Shown: positions 9,933 through 20,058 of the stretch, in pieces
How positions within the stretch are numbered: the first letter of the stretch is position 1
How the letters are laid out: each line of letters begins with the position of its first letter
The notes under the pieces: generated by a model
The model's input: only the letters and a program-made list of their open reading frames with translations
What the model was told of the DNA's origin: nothing
The model's database searches: none
Program-made: the position numbers and the translations under genes
Assembly (NCBI GenBank): GCA_039924545.1
Contig: JBDTAR010000024.1
Location: forward strand, 1-57,180
Direction of reading: 5' to 3'
From: Nakamurella sp.
GTDB taxonomy: Bacteria > Actinomycetota > Actinomycetes > Mycobacteriales > Nakamurellaceae
Length of the DNA: 57,180 nt

Positions 9933-11696
9933 TCAGTTGTTGACGGCTGGCGGCGCAGCGCGCGTTGTCAGGTATTGATCGATCTCTTCCTGGCTGATCG
10001 GAGTCCAGTTCTTCTTCGGGCTGTGTGGGCCTTCTAGGATGAGCCGTTCGGACAGCCACGGGTGATGCAGGTCGAACGCTGGGCGTTCGGAGCGGATCCG
10101 GGGCAGAGCGGTGAAGTTGTGTCGCGGCGGGGGGCTGGAGGTAGCCCATTCCAGCGAGTTGCCATAGCCCCAGGGATCGTCAGCGGTGGTGATCTCGCCG
10201 TATCGCCAAGATCGAATCACATTCCACACGAAGGCTAGCATCGACGCACCCAGAACGAATGCGGAAATCGTGGAGAACGTGTTGAGGAATGTGAAACCGT
10301 CGGTCGGCAGATAGTCGGGATAGCGTCGGGGCATGCCCATGACTCCCAGCCAATGTTGCACCAGGAACGTGGCATTGAAGCCTATGAACGTCAACCAAAA
10401 ATGCAGTTTGCCGAGAGGCTCGTCCATAAATCTGCCGGTGAACTTGGGGAACCAGAAGTACAAGCCGGAGAACGTAGCGAACACAATGGTGCCGAACAGC
10501 ACGTAATGGAAGTGCGCGACGATGAAATACGAGTCGGTGACATGGAAGTCGATTGCTGGGAGTGCGATTAATACCCCGGTCAGGCCGCCAAACAGGAATG
10601 TGACCATGAATCCCATCGCGAACAGCATGGGGGTTTCGAAGGATACTTGCCCCCGCCACATAGTGCCTATCCAGGTGAAAAACTTCAGGCCTGTTGGGAT
10701 AGCGATGAGTAGCGACATGAAGGAGAAGAACGGCAGCAGAACCGCGCCGGTGGCGAACATGTGATGCGCCCACACCGAGGTGGACAGCGATGCAATCGCG
10801 ATTGTGGCGAACACCATGCCGCGGTAACCGAACACTGGTTTGCGGGAGAACACGGGGATTGTTTCGGTGACGATGCCGAAGAACGGCAATGCCACGATGT
10901 AAACCTCTGGGTGGCCGAAGAACCAGAACAGGTGCTGCCACAGGATGGCGCCGCCGTTAGCAGGGTCGAAGACGTGCGATCCCGTTTGTCGATCCATCTC
11001 CAGGCCCAGCAGCGCCGCCGTGAGGATGGGGAAGGCGATGAGCACCATGATCGACGTAATAAAGATGTTCCAGGTGAAGATCGACATCCGCCACATCGTC
11101 ATGCCGGGTGCACGAAGACAGATCGTGGTGGTGATCATGTTGACGGCGCCAAGGATGGTGCCCAGGCCGGAGATGGCCAGCCCCATGATCCACAGGTCGC
11201 CGCCCACGCCGGGAGAGTTAGTGGCGTCGGAGAGCGGCGCGTAAGCGGTCCAGCCGAAGGCTGCGGCGCCACCGGGCGTCACAAAACCCATCATGGCCGT
11301 GATGGCACCGAACAAGTACAGCCAATACGAGAGCGCGTTCAGCCGCGGGAAAGCGACATCTGGCGCACCGATTTGTAATGGCAACACGAGGTTAGCGAAT
11401 CCGAACACGATCGGAGTCGCGTAAAACAGCAACATCACGGTGCCGTGCATCGTGAACAGCTCGTTGTACTGCTCGTAGGACAGGAATTGCATACCCGGGC
11501 GTGCAAGCTCGGCGCGCATCAGCATCGCCATGAGCCCGCCGATCATGAAAAATGACAGCGTGGTGACGATGTACATCATGCCGATCTGCTTCGGATCGGT
11601 AGTACGCAGGTAGCCGAGGAATTTCGACCCGTGCGGTGAATGGTGCTCAGGAGGCAGCGGGCGCGATGCCACTGCGAGGGGTAGCACTGCTGTCAT
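9933..11696 (-). CDS. ctaD: Cytochrome aa3 oxidase subunit I
   Basis: [29 protein letters not shown] heme-copper ligands. Confidence 0.98.
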   Translation of the reverse strand: MTAVLPLAVASRPLPPEHHSPHGSKFLGYLRTTDPKQIGMMYIVTTLSFFMIGGLMAMLMRAELARPGMQFLSYEQYNELFTMHGTVMLLFYATPIVFGFANLVLPLQIGAPDVAFPRLNALSYWLYLFGAITAMMGFVTPGGAAAFGWTAYAPLSDATNSPGVGGDLWIMGLAISGLGTILGAVNMITTTICLRAPGMTMWRMSIFTWNIFITSIMVLIAFPILTAALLGLEMDRQTGSHVFDPANGGAILWQHLFWFFGHPEVYIVALPFFGIVTETIPVFSRKPVFGYRGMVFATIAIASLSTSVWAHHMFATGAVLLPFFSFMSLLIAIPTGLKFFTWIGTMWRGQVSFETPMLFAMGFMVTFLFGGLTGVLIALPAIDFHVTDSYFIVAHFHYVLFGTIVFATFSGLYFWFPKFTGRFMDEPLGKLHFWLTFIGFNATFLVQHWLGVMGMPRRYPDYLPTDGFTFLNTFSTISAFVLGASMLAFVWNVIRSWRYGEITTADDPWGYGNSLEWATSSPPPRHNFTALPRIRSERPAFDLHHPWLSERLILEGPHSPKKNWTPISQEEIDQYLTTRAAPPAVNN

Positions 11697-12044
11697 TCGG
11701 ATCTCCCGGGGTCGTGCGACGAATCTACTCTGCGGTCGCAGCGCTCGCGAGGGCAACAAACCGGCACGCGGCGTAGCAACAGCACGCCGATGCCCTTATG
11801 ACCCCGCGGGTCCTGTGTCTCTGTAGTACGCCGATCATGTATGTCTGTGCAATGCGAATGTCGCATTTATGACGATGTGTCTTGAAAGATTTTTTGCCGT
11901 CGATGACGGCACATGCGCCGTTATCTACGCTGAATTAAGTGTCCTCATTGCACCGATATATCTGAAATGCCGCTGCACGTGCGACGCCGACTGTGCGCCT
12001 CCCGGCACCGTGACTCCGGGCAGCACGGCCAGGTAACAGTAGAA

Positions 12045-12497
12045 GAGGGGCGAGGCAGCCTATAAGCCGGGTCCTGTTCCCGGGAGCCTTGCGGCTACCC
12101 GTTCGGCGACCATCCATCTAGGCCTGCCGTTGCCGGCAGGCTCGAGCGGTCTACCCGCAGATCTCGGGCGAGCAGCCCTAGTAGCGATCTACGCACGTCT
12201 AGCGGCGCTGAATCCAGCTCCGTCAGACGCTTCTTGACCTTGCTCCGGGTGGGGTTTACCGAGCCGTCCCGGTCACCCGGGGCGCTGGTGGTCTCTTACA
12301 CCACCGTTTCACCCTTACCGAGTCGATAAACGACCTCGGCGGTTTATTTTCTGTGGCACTTTCCCGCGGCTCGCGCCGGGTTGCCGTTAACAACCACCCT
12401 GCCCTGCGGAGCCCGGACTTTCCTCGGCATCGGTCTCGTCGCAACGAATTCGCTACGGCAGATCCGATGACGCGGCCGCCCGGCTGCCTCGCCCCTC
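12045..12497 (-). ncRNA. rnpB: RNase P RNA (type A)
   Basis: Minus strand has GAGGAAAGTCCGGGCTCC, AGTGCCACAGAAAA and ACAGGACCCGGCTTATA; complementary ends gaggggcgaggcagcc form P1; TACGAT -10 upstream. Confidence 0.97.
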
Positions 12498-12619
12498 GCA
12501 TGATCGTACCGGCACTGGGTGCACCCACCTTCTCCGAAGTGTTAGGGAAGTACCGTGGGGGGCGACAGCGCAATCGGCCATGTCACCGGCCACGGTCGTA
12601 CGGAAGGCTCTCCACCAAT

Positions 12620-13165
12620 ATGACGAACGCTCTGGTTCTAGTGGACCTGCAACGCGACTATTTCCAGAGCGGCGCACACCCGCTCGTTGAACCCGACGCT
12701 GCCGTCGCCGAAGCTCGGCGAGTGCTCGATTTCTGGCGCCAGGAGCATCGACCCGTGGTACACGTACAGCATGTGGCGACTGAATCGGGTGCGACGTTCA
12801 TGCGCCCCGATACCGACGGTGTCGGCATCCATTCGCTGGTCGCCCCGCAGCACGATGAGATCGTCGTCACCAAGCACCAGCCGAACGCCTTCCTGGACAC
12901 ATCGCTGCTCGACGAGCTACGGACGGTAGGTGCCGAGAGCATCACTGTGGTCGGAATGATGACGAACATGTGCATCGACGCGACAGTGCGTGCTGCCTCC
13001 GATCTGGGCTTTGACGTGACAGTAGTGGCTGACGCATGCGCCGCATCCGACCTGCAATTCGACGGACGAATCATCGACGGGGCGACAGTGCACGCCGCGT
13101 TCCTCGCTGCTCTACAGGGCACGTATGCGCGAGTGTGCACAGCGCAGGAGCTACTCGCAGAGTGA
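12620..13165 (+). CDS. Isochorismatase-family cysteine hydrolase
   Basis: LVLVDLQRDYF, VTKHQPNAF, GMMTNMCIDAT (Asp-Lys-Cys triad). Confidence 0.9.
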   Translation: MTNALVLVDLQRDYFQSGAHPLVEPDAAVAEARRVLDFWRQEHRPVVHVQHVATESGATFMRPDTDGVGIHSLVAPQHDEIVVTKHQPNAFLDTSLLDELRTVGAESITVVGMMTNMCIDATVRAASDLGFDVTVVADACAASDLQFDGRIIDGATVHAAFLAALQGTYARVCTAQELLAE

Positions 13166-13191
13166 TGTGGCAGGTGACATAGCCTGTCCAT

Positions 13192-14676
13192 ATGCGCAAT
13201 CCTCCCATCCGGGCAGACCAGGCGGCGATCGACTTTGCGACCATTCGCGACGAGTTAGGTATCGCCCACGGATTCGCCGACGATGTCCATGTCGAGGCGC
13301 GAACCGCTGCACAGCAGGTGAATTCGACGGAGACCGCGTCATACCTGGAGTCGCTGCCACATGTAAACCCACAGGTGAAGCCGGTCGACGGGAAGCGAAC
13401 CGACGATCGTGACATTCCGCTCGTGACAATCGATCCGACCGGTTCGAATGACCTCGATCAAGCCGTGCACATCGCCGAAATTGCCGGAGGATTCCGGGTG
13501 CACTACGCCATCGCCGATGTCGCTGCGTTCGTCGCGCCGGGCGGAGCAATAGATGCTGAGAGCAGACGCCGAGGTATGACGCTGTACTGCCCGGACATAC
13601 GCGTCCCTTTGTACCCCACCGAACTGTGCGAAGGCGCGGCATCCTTGCTGCCGGACGCGGACCGGCTCGCGGTGCTCTGGACCATCGATATCGATGATCG
13701 CGGGGAACCCACCGCGGTCGACGTGCGGCGTAGCCTCGTGCGATCACGCGCGCAACTGGACTACGTGACGGTGCAGGCCCAGACCAATGTCGGGGAACTG
13801 CATCCGTCGATCGCCCTACTGCCGCGGGTCGGTCGGCTTCGTCTGCAGGCCGCCAGGCGGCGGCATGCCATCGACCTAGATCTGCCCGATTCCGAGGTGG
13901 TGTGTGGCGACGACGGACGGTGGACGCTGCGCCGACGCGAGATATTGCCGGTCGAGCAGTACAACGCGCAGATCAGCTTGCTCACCGGAATGTGCGCCGC
14001 ACACATCATGCTTGCCGGCAAGGTCGGGATACTGCGCACGCTGCCGCCGCCGGATCACACGCAGATCGCCCAACTACGGCGCGCCACCGCGGCGCTGGGC
14101 ATCGCCTGGCCGGAGGGCGTACCGCCCGGCGACATCGTCAGCGAGCTTGATGCCACGCAGCCACGGCATGCCGCGTTCATTGAGGATGCCATCCGGTTGC
14201 TCCGTGGAGCCGGCTACACCGCGTTCGACGGCGAATTGCCTGAGCAACGCATGCACGGCGGTCTAGGCGCCCCGTACGCGCACGTGACTGCTCCGTTGCG
14301 GCGCCTCGTCGACCGGTTTGCTACAGAAGTTTGCCTCGCCTTGCACGCGCACGAGGCCGTGCCAGCGTGGGTCCGCGGGGCGTTCGACACCCTGCCCAGG
14401 GAGATGGACGCTGCCACCCGGCTCAGCCGCGAGGTGGACACGGCGTGCACCCGGGCAGTGTCGGAATTCCTACTGGCCGGCCATGTGGGGGAGGTACTGA
14501 CCGGGATGGTCGTACAGGTGGAAGGCGCCAAGGGGCGCGCGACCATGCTGCTCGACGAGCCGGCGGTGCGAGTGCGCACGGAGGCCGACGGCCTTGTCGA
14601 AGGGACTCGGGCTGCCATACGGCTCGTCGCAGTCGATAAAAAAGCGCACCGAGTTGATGTCGAGCTAATGAAATAG
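13192..14676 (+). CDS. RNB-domain (RNase II/R family) exoribonuclease
   Basis: TIDPTGSNDLDQA, VHYAIADV, YAHVTAPLRRLVDR. Confidence 0.92.
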   Translation: MRNPPIRADQAAIDFATIRDELGIAHGFADDVHVEARTAAQQVNSTETASYLESLPHVNPQVKPVDGKRTDDRDIPLVTIDPTGSNDLDQAVHIAEIAGGFRVHYAIADVAAFVAPGGAIDAESRRRGMTLYCPDIRVPLYPTELCEGAASLLPDADRLAVLWTIDIDDRGEPTAVDVRRSLVRSRAQLDYVTVQAQTNVGELHPSIALLPRVGRLRLQAARRRHAIDLDLPDSEVVCGDDGRWTLRRREILPVEQYNAQISLLTGMCAAHIMLAGKVGILRTLPPPDHTQIAQLRRATAALGIAWPEGVPPGDIVSELDATQPRHAAFIEDAIRLLRGAGYTAFDGELPEQRMHGGLGAPYAHVTAPLRRLVDRFATEVCLALHAHEAVPAWVRGAFDTLPREMDAATRLSREVDTACTRAVSEFLLAGHVGEVLTGMVVQVEGAKGRATMLLDEPAVRVRTEADGLVEGTRAAIRLVAVDKKAHRVDVELMK

Positions 14677-14712
14677 CTAGTGACAGGACCGTTGACCTGG
14701 CACCCTGGAACC

Positions 14713-14928
14713 ATGGGTGACGAAATCGGCCGTAATGTGTCCTGGTTCTATTGCTTGCGCCACCACTCCGTGGAACGCGAAGGTGAATGCAAGGCTACGG
14801 ATCGATTGGGCCCGTATCCGAGTCCGGACGCCGCCGCGCATGCGCTGGAGTCCGTGCATGAGCGCGAAGATCGTCTGGAGCAGGAGGATCGGGAATGGAC
14901 AGGCACGCCACCGGCTGAAACCGAATAG
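14713..14928 (+). CDS. Small hypothetical protein of a type conserved in actinobacteria
   Basis: WFYCLRHHSVE...C...RLGPY...A..AL pattern; fills the gap between RNB and the hydrolase. Confidence 0.75.
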   Translation: MGDEIGRNVSWFYCLRHHSVEREGECKATDRLGPYPSPDAAAHALESVHEREDRLEQEDREWTGTPPAETE

Positions 14929-14987
14929 CGAGCCAATCCACAGGTAACACACACCCGGGTCGCACAATCGTGCCCGACAGCGATGAG

Positions 14988-16727
14988 ATGATCACGATCA
15001 TGCGTCTGACCCCGACAAGCTCGGCCCACCCGGTAAGGATCCTGGCTGTGCTGGCGGTCCTCGCACTCGTCGCCTCCTGCAGCAGCACTATCGCCGGAAA
15101 CCCGCTCGGCACCGACAGCAGTGGGTCGACGTCAGGCTCTGCTGGCAACAGCGGTGAGGACGCCACACACCAGGTCACCGAACCAGCGACTCCGGGCTCC
15201 GATGGCACTACCGGCACTGCAGGTGCGAACGCTTCCGGGGTTGGCGGTGCCCCCGAACTTGCCCGGTATTACGGCCAGAAACTCGAGTGGGGCGGCTGCA
15301 AACCGTTTGCCATGTCGAAAGATGACCAGGCGGCGTATGCAAACCCTAAAATCCAGTGCGCCCGGCTGACTGTCCCGCTCGACTATGCGCACCCCGACGG
15401 CACCACCATCACGATCGCCGTGGTTCGCCAGGAGGCGACCGGTGCTCGAATCGGATCCGTTGTTTTCAACCCAGGAGGACCCGGCGCATCCGGCGTTTCG
15501 GTCGTGGCGTCACTGGCTCAATATGGCATCGACCCCGACCTGGCCGCCCGATTCGATTTCATCGGTTTCGACCCCAGAGGCGTCGGGTCCTCCGAGCCGC
15601 GCATCGCCTGCCAGAGTGACAAGTCACAGGACAAAGGTCGCGCCGAGAACTGGCCCGGATTCATGGTGTCATCGACGCCCGCCGAAGTTGACGCCGCGAA
15701 CAATGTGTCGAAGGAGTTCGTCGCAGACTGTGTAAAAACCATCTCCGGTGAGGGGGTTGACGGAAAGGCGTTCCTCGCGCAAGTCGGCACCACCAACGTC
15801 GCTAAGGACCTAGACGTGCTGCGCGCCGCCCTTGGTGATAGCAAACTGACCTATGTCGGATGGTCGTACGGAACAAGTATCGGCACGCAGTATGCCGAGC
15901 AATTCCCGACGAAAGTTCGCGCGATGATCCTCGACGGTGCAGTCGACCCAGCAGTAGACACCGCGACTGACAGCCTGCAGCAGACCACAGCGTTTCAAAA
16001 GGCCTTCGACAAATTTGCCGCCTGGTGCGCACCGCGGCAAGGATGCCCCTGGAGCAACGCTGCCGACGCGGTGAAGCGCTTTCAGTCATTTGCACAGCCG
16101 CTGATGAAGACGCCGCTGGCTCTGTCCGATGGGCGGGTGCTCAGCTTTCTGGATGCCGTCATAGGGGTGGCCAACGCACTGTATTCGGACACATCGTGGC
16201 CGGCGCTGCAGCAGGCCGTGAGTGACCTTGCAAGCGGCCACGGCGAGGCCCTGATGGCGTTGGCCGACGAATACAACGGCCGGGACTCCTCCGGTCACTA
16301 TTCGGGAATGCTGGAAGCGTTCACGGCGATTCGCTGTATGGACTCCGACCGCATCACCGATGCTGCTACCACGACAGAACTCAACAGAAAGCTCATCAAA
16401 GCTGCGCCATTCCAAGATAACGGTCAACCAGCTGCTGCAGTATTCGACACCTGCGCGTTTTGGCCCGTGCCGCCGACTTTGTTGCCGCACACCCCCCACC
16501 CCACAGGTCTCACGCCGGTGCTTGTCGTATCCACCACCGGTGATCCCGCTACGCCGTACCAATCCGGTGTCGATCTCGCGAAAGACCTCAAGGGACGCCT
16601 CCTCACCGTCGAAGGGACACGTCATACGGGGTACATGCTTTCCGGCCTGCAGTGCGTCGACACCATCGGCGACAAATACCTGATCACGTTGACGCTGCCC
16701 GACAACGGCGCCAAGTGCTCCTCGTGA
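14988..16727 (+). CDS. Lipoprotein alpha/beta hydrolase, TAP-like peptidase (Hip1/CaeA family)
   Basis: Lipobox LVASC, NPGGPGASG, GFDPRGVG, GWSYGT nucleophile, TGDPATPY, GTRHTGY; start uncertain (14970-15000). Confidence 0.9.
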   Translation: MITIMRLTPTSSAHPVRILAVLAVLALVASCSSTIAGNPLGTDSSGSTSGSAGNSGEDATHQVTEPATPGSDGTTGTAGANASGVGGAPELARYYGQKLEWGGCKPFAMSKDDQAAYANPKIQCARLTVPLDYAHPDGTTITIAVVRQEATGARIGSVVFNPGGPGASGVSVVASLAQYGIDPDLAARFDFIGFDPRGVGSSEPRIACQSDKSQDKGRAENWPGFMVSSTPAEVDAANNVSKEFVADCVKTISGEGVDGKAFLAQVGTTNVAKDLDVLRAALGDSKLTYVGWSYGTSIGTQYAEQFPTKVRAMILDGAVDPAVDTATDSLQQTTAFQKAFDKFAAWCAPRQGCPWSNAADAVKRFQSFAQPLMKTPLALSDGRVLSFLDAVIGVANALYSDTSWPALQQAVSDLASGHGEALMALADEYNGRDSSGHYSGMLEAFTAIRCMDSDRITDAATTTELNRKLIKAAPFQDNGQPAAAVFDTCAFWPVPPTLLPHTPHPTGLTPVLVVSTTGDPATPYQSGVDLAKDLKGRLLTVEGTRHTGYMLSGLQCVDTIGDKYLITLTLPDNGAKCSS

Positions 16728-16750
16728 GCCTCGACCTCTAGGGTAAGCGC

Positions 16751-18091
16751 ATGGACAGTCAGCAGCAGTACGTGCTTCGCACACTGGAGGAACGAGGCAT
16801 CCGCTACGTGCGGCTATGGTTCACGGATGTGCTTGGCCTACTGAAATCGGTGGCGGTGGCGCCTGCGGAATTAGAGAGCGCATTCACCGACGGGATCGGT
16901 TTCGACGGGTCTGCGATCGAGGGCTTCGCGCGGGTCCACGAATCCGACATGATTGCTCGTCCGGATCCGGCAACCTTCCAAGTGCTGCCCTGGGCAGACT
17001 CGGCGGGAAATCCGCATTCCGCTCGAATGTTCTGCGATATCGCCATGCCCGACGGGACGCCGTCATGGGCTGATCCTCGCCATGTCCTGCGCCGAGTTCT
17101 CGGCGAAGCCGCAGCCATGGGTTTCACCTGCTACGTACATCCGGAGATTGAATTCTTCCTGCTGAAGAACATGCCAGCCGATGGGTCCGAGCCGGAACCT
17201 GCTGACCAGGGCGGATTCTTCGACCAGACCACGTACAACGTGGCGCCGGACTTTCGACGCCAAGCCATCGAATCACTTGAATCTATGGGCATCTCTGTCG
17301 AGTTCTCCCATCACGAGGGTGCTCCCGGGCAGCAGGAGATCGACCTTCGCTATGCCGATGCGATGACGATGGCGGATAACGTCATGTCGCTGCGCTACGT
17401 CATCAAAGAAGTGGCCCGGAACCAGGGTGTCTACGCGTCATTCATGCCGAAGCCGTTCCCGCAATACCCAGGATCGGCCATGCACACTCACTTCTCCCTC
17501 TTTGAGGGGGAAACCAACGCGTTCCACGACCCGGACGAGCCGAACCAAATGTCCGCGACCGGGCAAGCGTTCCTTGCCGGGGTCCTCAAGCATGCGCCGG
17601 AGCTCACCGCGGTCTGCTGCCAGTACGTCAACTCCTACAAGCGACTAGTGATGGGTGAAGAAGCACCAACTGCGGTGTCCTGGGGGCAGGCGAACAGGTC
17701 CGCGTTGATCAGGGTGCCGAACTACTCGCTGCGCCGCTCCGCCAGCCAGCGGCTCGAGATCCGGCTACCCGATTCGGCGACGAATCCGTACCTGATGTTC
17801 GCCGTCGTCGTGGCGGCCGGTCTGGAGGGGATCCGCAAGGGCTACGAACTGCCACCGGAAGCCGAAGAGGATGTCTCGTTCCTGTCCGCCGCTGAGCGGC
17901 GGGCGCTCGGCTATACGGACCTGCCGTTATCGCTGGGTGGCGCACTCACCGTGATGGAATCATCCGACTTGGTGGCGCAGGCGCTGGGCGAGCACGTCTT
18001 CGAGTTCTTTCTCCGGAACAAGGCGGCGGAATGGGAAACCTACCGACGCCAGGTGACGTTCTACGAGCGGCAGCGCTACCTCGCGCTGTGA
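16751..18091 (+). CDS. glnA2: Glutamine synthetase family protein (GlnA2 type)
   Basis: MDSQQQYVLRTLEER N-terminus, FDGSAIEGFAR, HHEGAPGQQEID, FMPKPF, NRSALIRVP. Confidence 0.9.
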   Translation: MDSQQQYVLRTLEERGIRYVRLWFTDVLGLLKSVAVAPAELESAFTDGIGFDGSAIEGFARVHESDMIARPDPATFQVLPWADSAGNPHSARMFCDIAMPDGTPSWADPRHVLRRVLGEAAAMGFTCYVHPEIEFFLLKNMPADGSEPEPADQGGFFDQTTYNVAPDFRRQAIESLESMGISVEFSHHEGAPGQQEIDLRYADAMTMADNVMSLRYVIKEVARNQGVYASFMPKPFPQYPGSAMHTHFSLFEGETNAFHDPDEPNQMSATGQAFLAGVLKHAPELTAVCCQYVNSYKRLVMGEEAPTAVSWGQANRSALIRVPNYSLRRSASQRLEIRLPDSATNPYLMFAVVVAAGLEGIRKGYELPPEAEEDVSFLSAAERRALGYTDLPLSLGGALTVMESSDLVAQALGEHVFEFFLRNKAAEWETYRRQVTFYERQRYLAL

Positions 18092-18732
18092 CGCTTAGGG
18101 CTGTCCGGTAACTGCAGCGCCGCAACGGCGAAGGTGGACAACTGAGCCGCTAACTCGGCGTCGCTGAGCGGAGACGTGAACGTGCCCACGGCATTAAACA
18201 TGCCGAACACGGCATGCACTCCGGTCCGTACCCGCTCCTCATCCCAGGTCGGATGGATGGCAGCGAGCAAAATCCGCCATTCGGTGACCAGCCCGCGCTG
18301 GCGAAGCCGCAGCCGTTCCGCGTGCTCGCGTGGTAGATGGTGCACCTCGCGAACGAAAATTGCCATCAATTCCCGCCGGGCCGCGACCCCCGCCGCGTAC
18401 CAGGCGATGCGGGCCCGAAGCGTAGCGGCCGGATCAGCCTTGGACGCTGGCACGGGCTTAGCTTCGTGCGGCTGCGGCGCCACGGCGTCGATGATCGTGT
18501 CAATCACGGCCGTGAGCACGGCGGCCTTCGAATCGAAATGTCGGTAGATCGCCGGGCCCGTCACTCCGACGGCCGCGCCAATATCGTCCATCCCGACACC
18601 GGGAAACCCATGCCGGGCGAAGAGTTCCGCAGCTGCCGCAACGATGGCGGCCCGTCTCTTGGTGCCGCGCAGCGTCGAGCGGGTCGGGCGCACCACGATG
18701 CTCGGTGCGGGAACCGCCGAGGAAAGCGTCAT
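18076..18732 (-). CDS. TetR/AcrR family regulator
   Basis: AAAELFARHGF...DDIGAAVGVTGPAIYRHFDSK helix-turn-helix; start uncertain (18732-18822). Confidence 0.9.
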   Translation of the reverse strand: MTLSSAVPAPSIVVRPTRSTLRGTKRRAAIVAAAAELFARHGFPGVGMDDIGAAVGVTGPAIYRHFDSKAAVLTAVIDTIIDAVAPQPHEAKPVPASKADPAATLRARIAWYAAGVAARRELMAIFVREVHHLPREHAERLRLRQRGLVTEWRILLAAIHPTWDEERVRTGVHAVFGMFNAVGTFTSPLSDAELAAQLSTFAVAALQLPDSPKRHSAR

Positions 18733-18773
18733 ACCTGGCGCAATACCCGGCTCTGTATCGTCCCCGCTGTCGG

Positions 18774-19430
18774 TCAATCGATCGTCCCCCCGCGCTCCAC
18801 CCGCGGCCGGGGGATACGCCATTTACGAACCAGACATGCTCGGTTGAAGGCGTAGAAGCCCAGCGCCGCCCCCTTCAGTGATTGGCCGGACTTGTCGCCC
18901 TTGGGGAATTTCACGGCGATCTTGCGGGTCATTCTGCGCCCGAACATGACGGAGTCCGCTACCGCAGCCAAGATCATCACCATCAAGATGAGCGGACCGA
19001 GATTCGCCACGGCCGGCGTCGGAATCGCCAATGTTAAAAATGACAGCACCGCGATCGGAAGCAGCAACCCGGCGAGATTGCGGCGTGTATCGACGAGATC
19101 GCGCACATACGCGCGGACCGCGCCCTTATCCCGCGGCAGCAGATACGCGTCGTCGCCGGACATCATGCGCTCGCGCCGTTGCCCCGCCATTTCGCGCCGC
19201 TCGTCCTTCGTGAGCTTTGGCCCGCCGGTCTTCTTGGTGCGCTTGTAGGCCTCGCGTTGCGTGCGTGGCGGAGGAGCGACGGGGCCCCGACGCCGCTCCG
19301 CTTCACGTCGCTTCGGCGTCGGTCGACCCTTGCCTGCGCTGCCCTCCGGCAGCGCGGCGTGATCGGCCGTAGCCGCATCCTCAAGGGCTCGAGCGGTCAG
19401 TTCGGCAGGCTTCTTTCGCAGCAGACTCAC
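18774..19430 (-). CDS. DUF3043 membrane protein (Rv2206-like)
   Basis: KGRPTPKRREAE, YLLPRDKGAVRAYVRDLVDTRR, two TM helices, RKWRIPRP; divergent from the iscA-like gene. Confidence 0.88.
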   Translation of the reverse strand: MSLLRKKPAELTARALEDAATADHAALPEGSAGKGRPTPKRREAERRRGPVAPPPRTQREAYKRTKKTGGPKLTKDERREMAGQRRERMMSGDDAYLLPRDKGAVRAYVRDLVDTRRNLAGLLLPIAVLSFLTLAIPTPAVANLGPLILMVMILAAVADSVMFGRRMTRKIAVKFPKGDKSGQSLKGAALGFYAFNRACLVRKWRIPRPRVERGGTID

Positions 19431-19602
19431 GTACGCCAGCCTAAGGCAGAGCGCGGACTGCTCGCGCATCTGGCATCATCGTCACGGCGGGGCGAAATTC
19501 GGGACAGGGCATAAACCCTGGGCACTGGCTAGCCGGTGCCTGCACCGAATTGCCTTCAAACGGGTGGTCTCCGTACAGAGACCCTCACAAAGGAGCACAG
19601 AC

Positions 19603-19962
19603 ATGACAATGGTGAGTACCCCTGTCGCGAAGCCTGGACACAACGTCGCGCTTACTGATGCGGCGGCTGACAACGCCCGCAGGCTCATTGATCGCGATGG
19701 CAACCAGAACATGATGCTGCGCATGGCCGTTCAGCCGGGCGGCTGCTCAGGGCTGCGCTACGAGCTGTTTTTTGACGATCGCACCCTCGAGGGCGACGAA
19801 GTGGTCGAGTTCTCCGGCGTGAAGCTGGTCGTCGACCAGATGAGTAAGCCCTACGTCGACGGCGCCACAATCGATTACACCGACACTCTGGAAAAGCAGG
19901 GCTTCGCTATCGACAACCCCAATGCCGGTAGCTCGTGCGCCTGCGGGGATTCCTTCCACTAA
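19603..19962 (+). CDS. HesB/IscA family Fe-S cluster carrier
   Basis: GGCSGLRY and NPNAGSSCACGDSF; AGGAG RBS. Confidence 0.95.
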   Translation: MTMVSTPVAKPGHNVALTDAAADNARRLIDRDGNQNMMLRMAVQPGGCSGLRYELFFDDRTLEGDEVVEFSGVKLVVDQMSKPYVDGATIDYTDTLEKQGFAIDNPNAGSSCACGDSFH

Positions 19963-20058
19963 ATTTTCTTCCATCGTTGTGCCGCCGCGCGACTGTGCGG
20001 TGCACGGCTCAACTGTTCAGCATCCAGCCCAGATTTGTCGTCAGGAAGTCAGTGACAC

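Noticed and set aside
12353-12619. N-terminal extension of the isochorismatase, and ORF 12256-12573
   Set aside because: Overlap the RNase P RNA gene and its promoter
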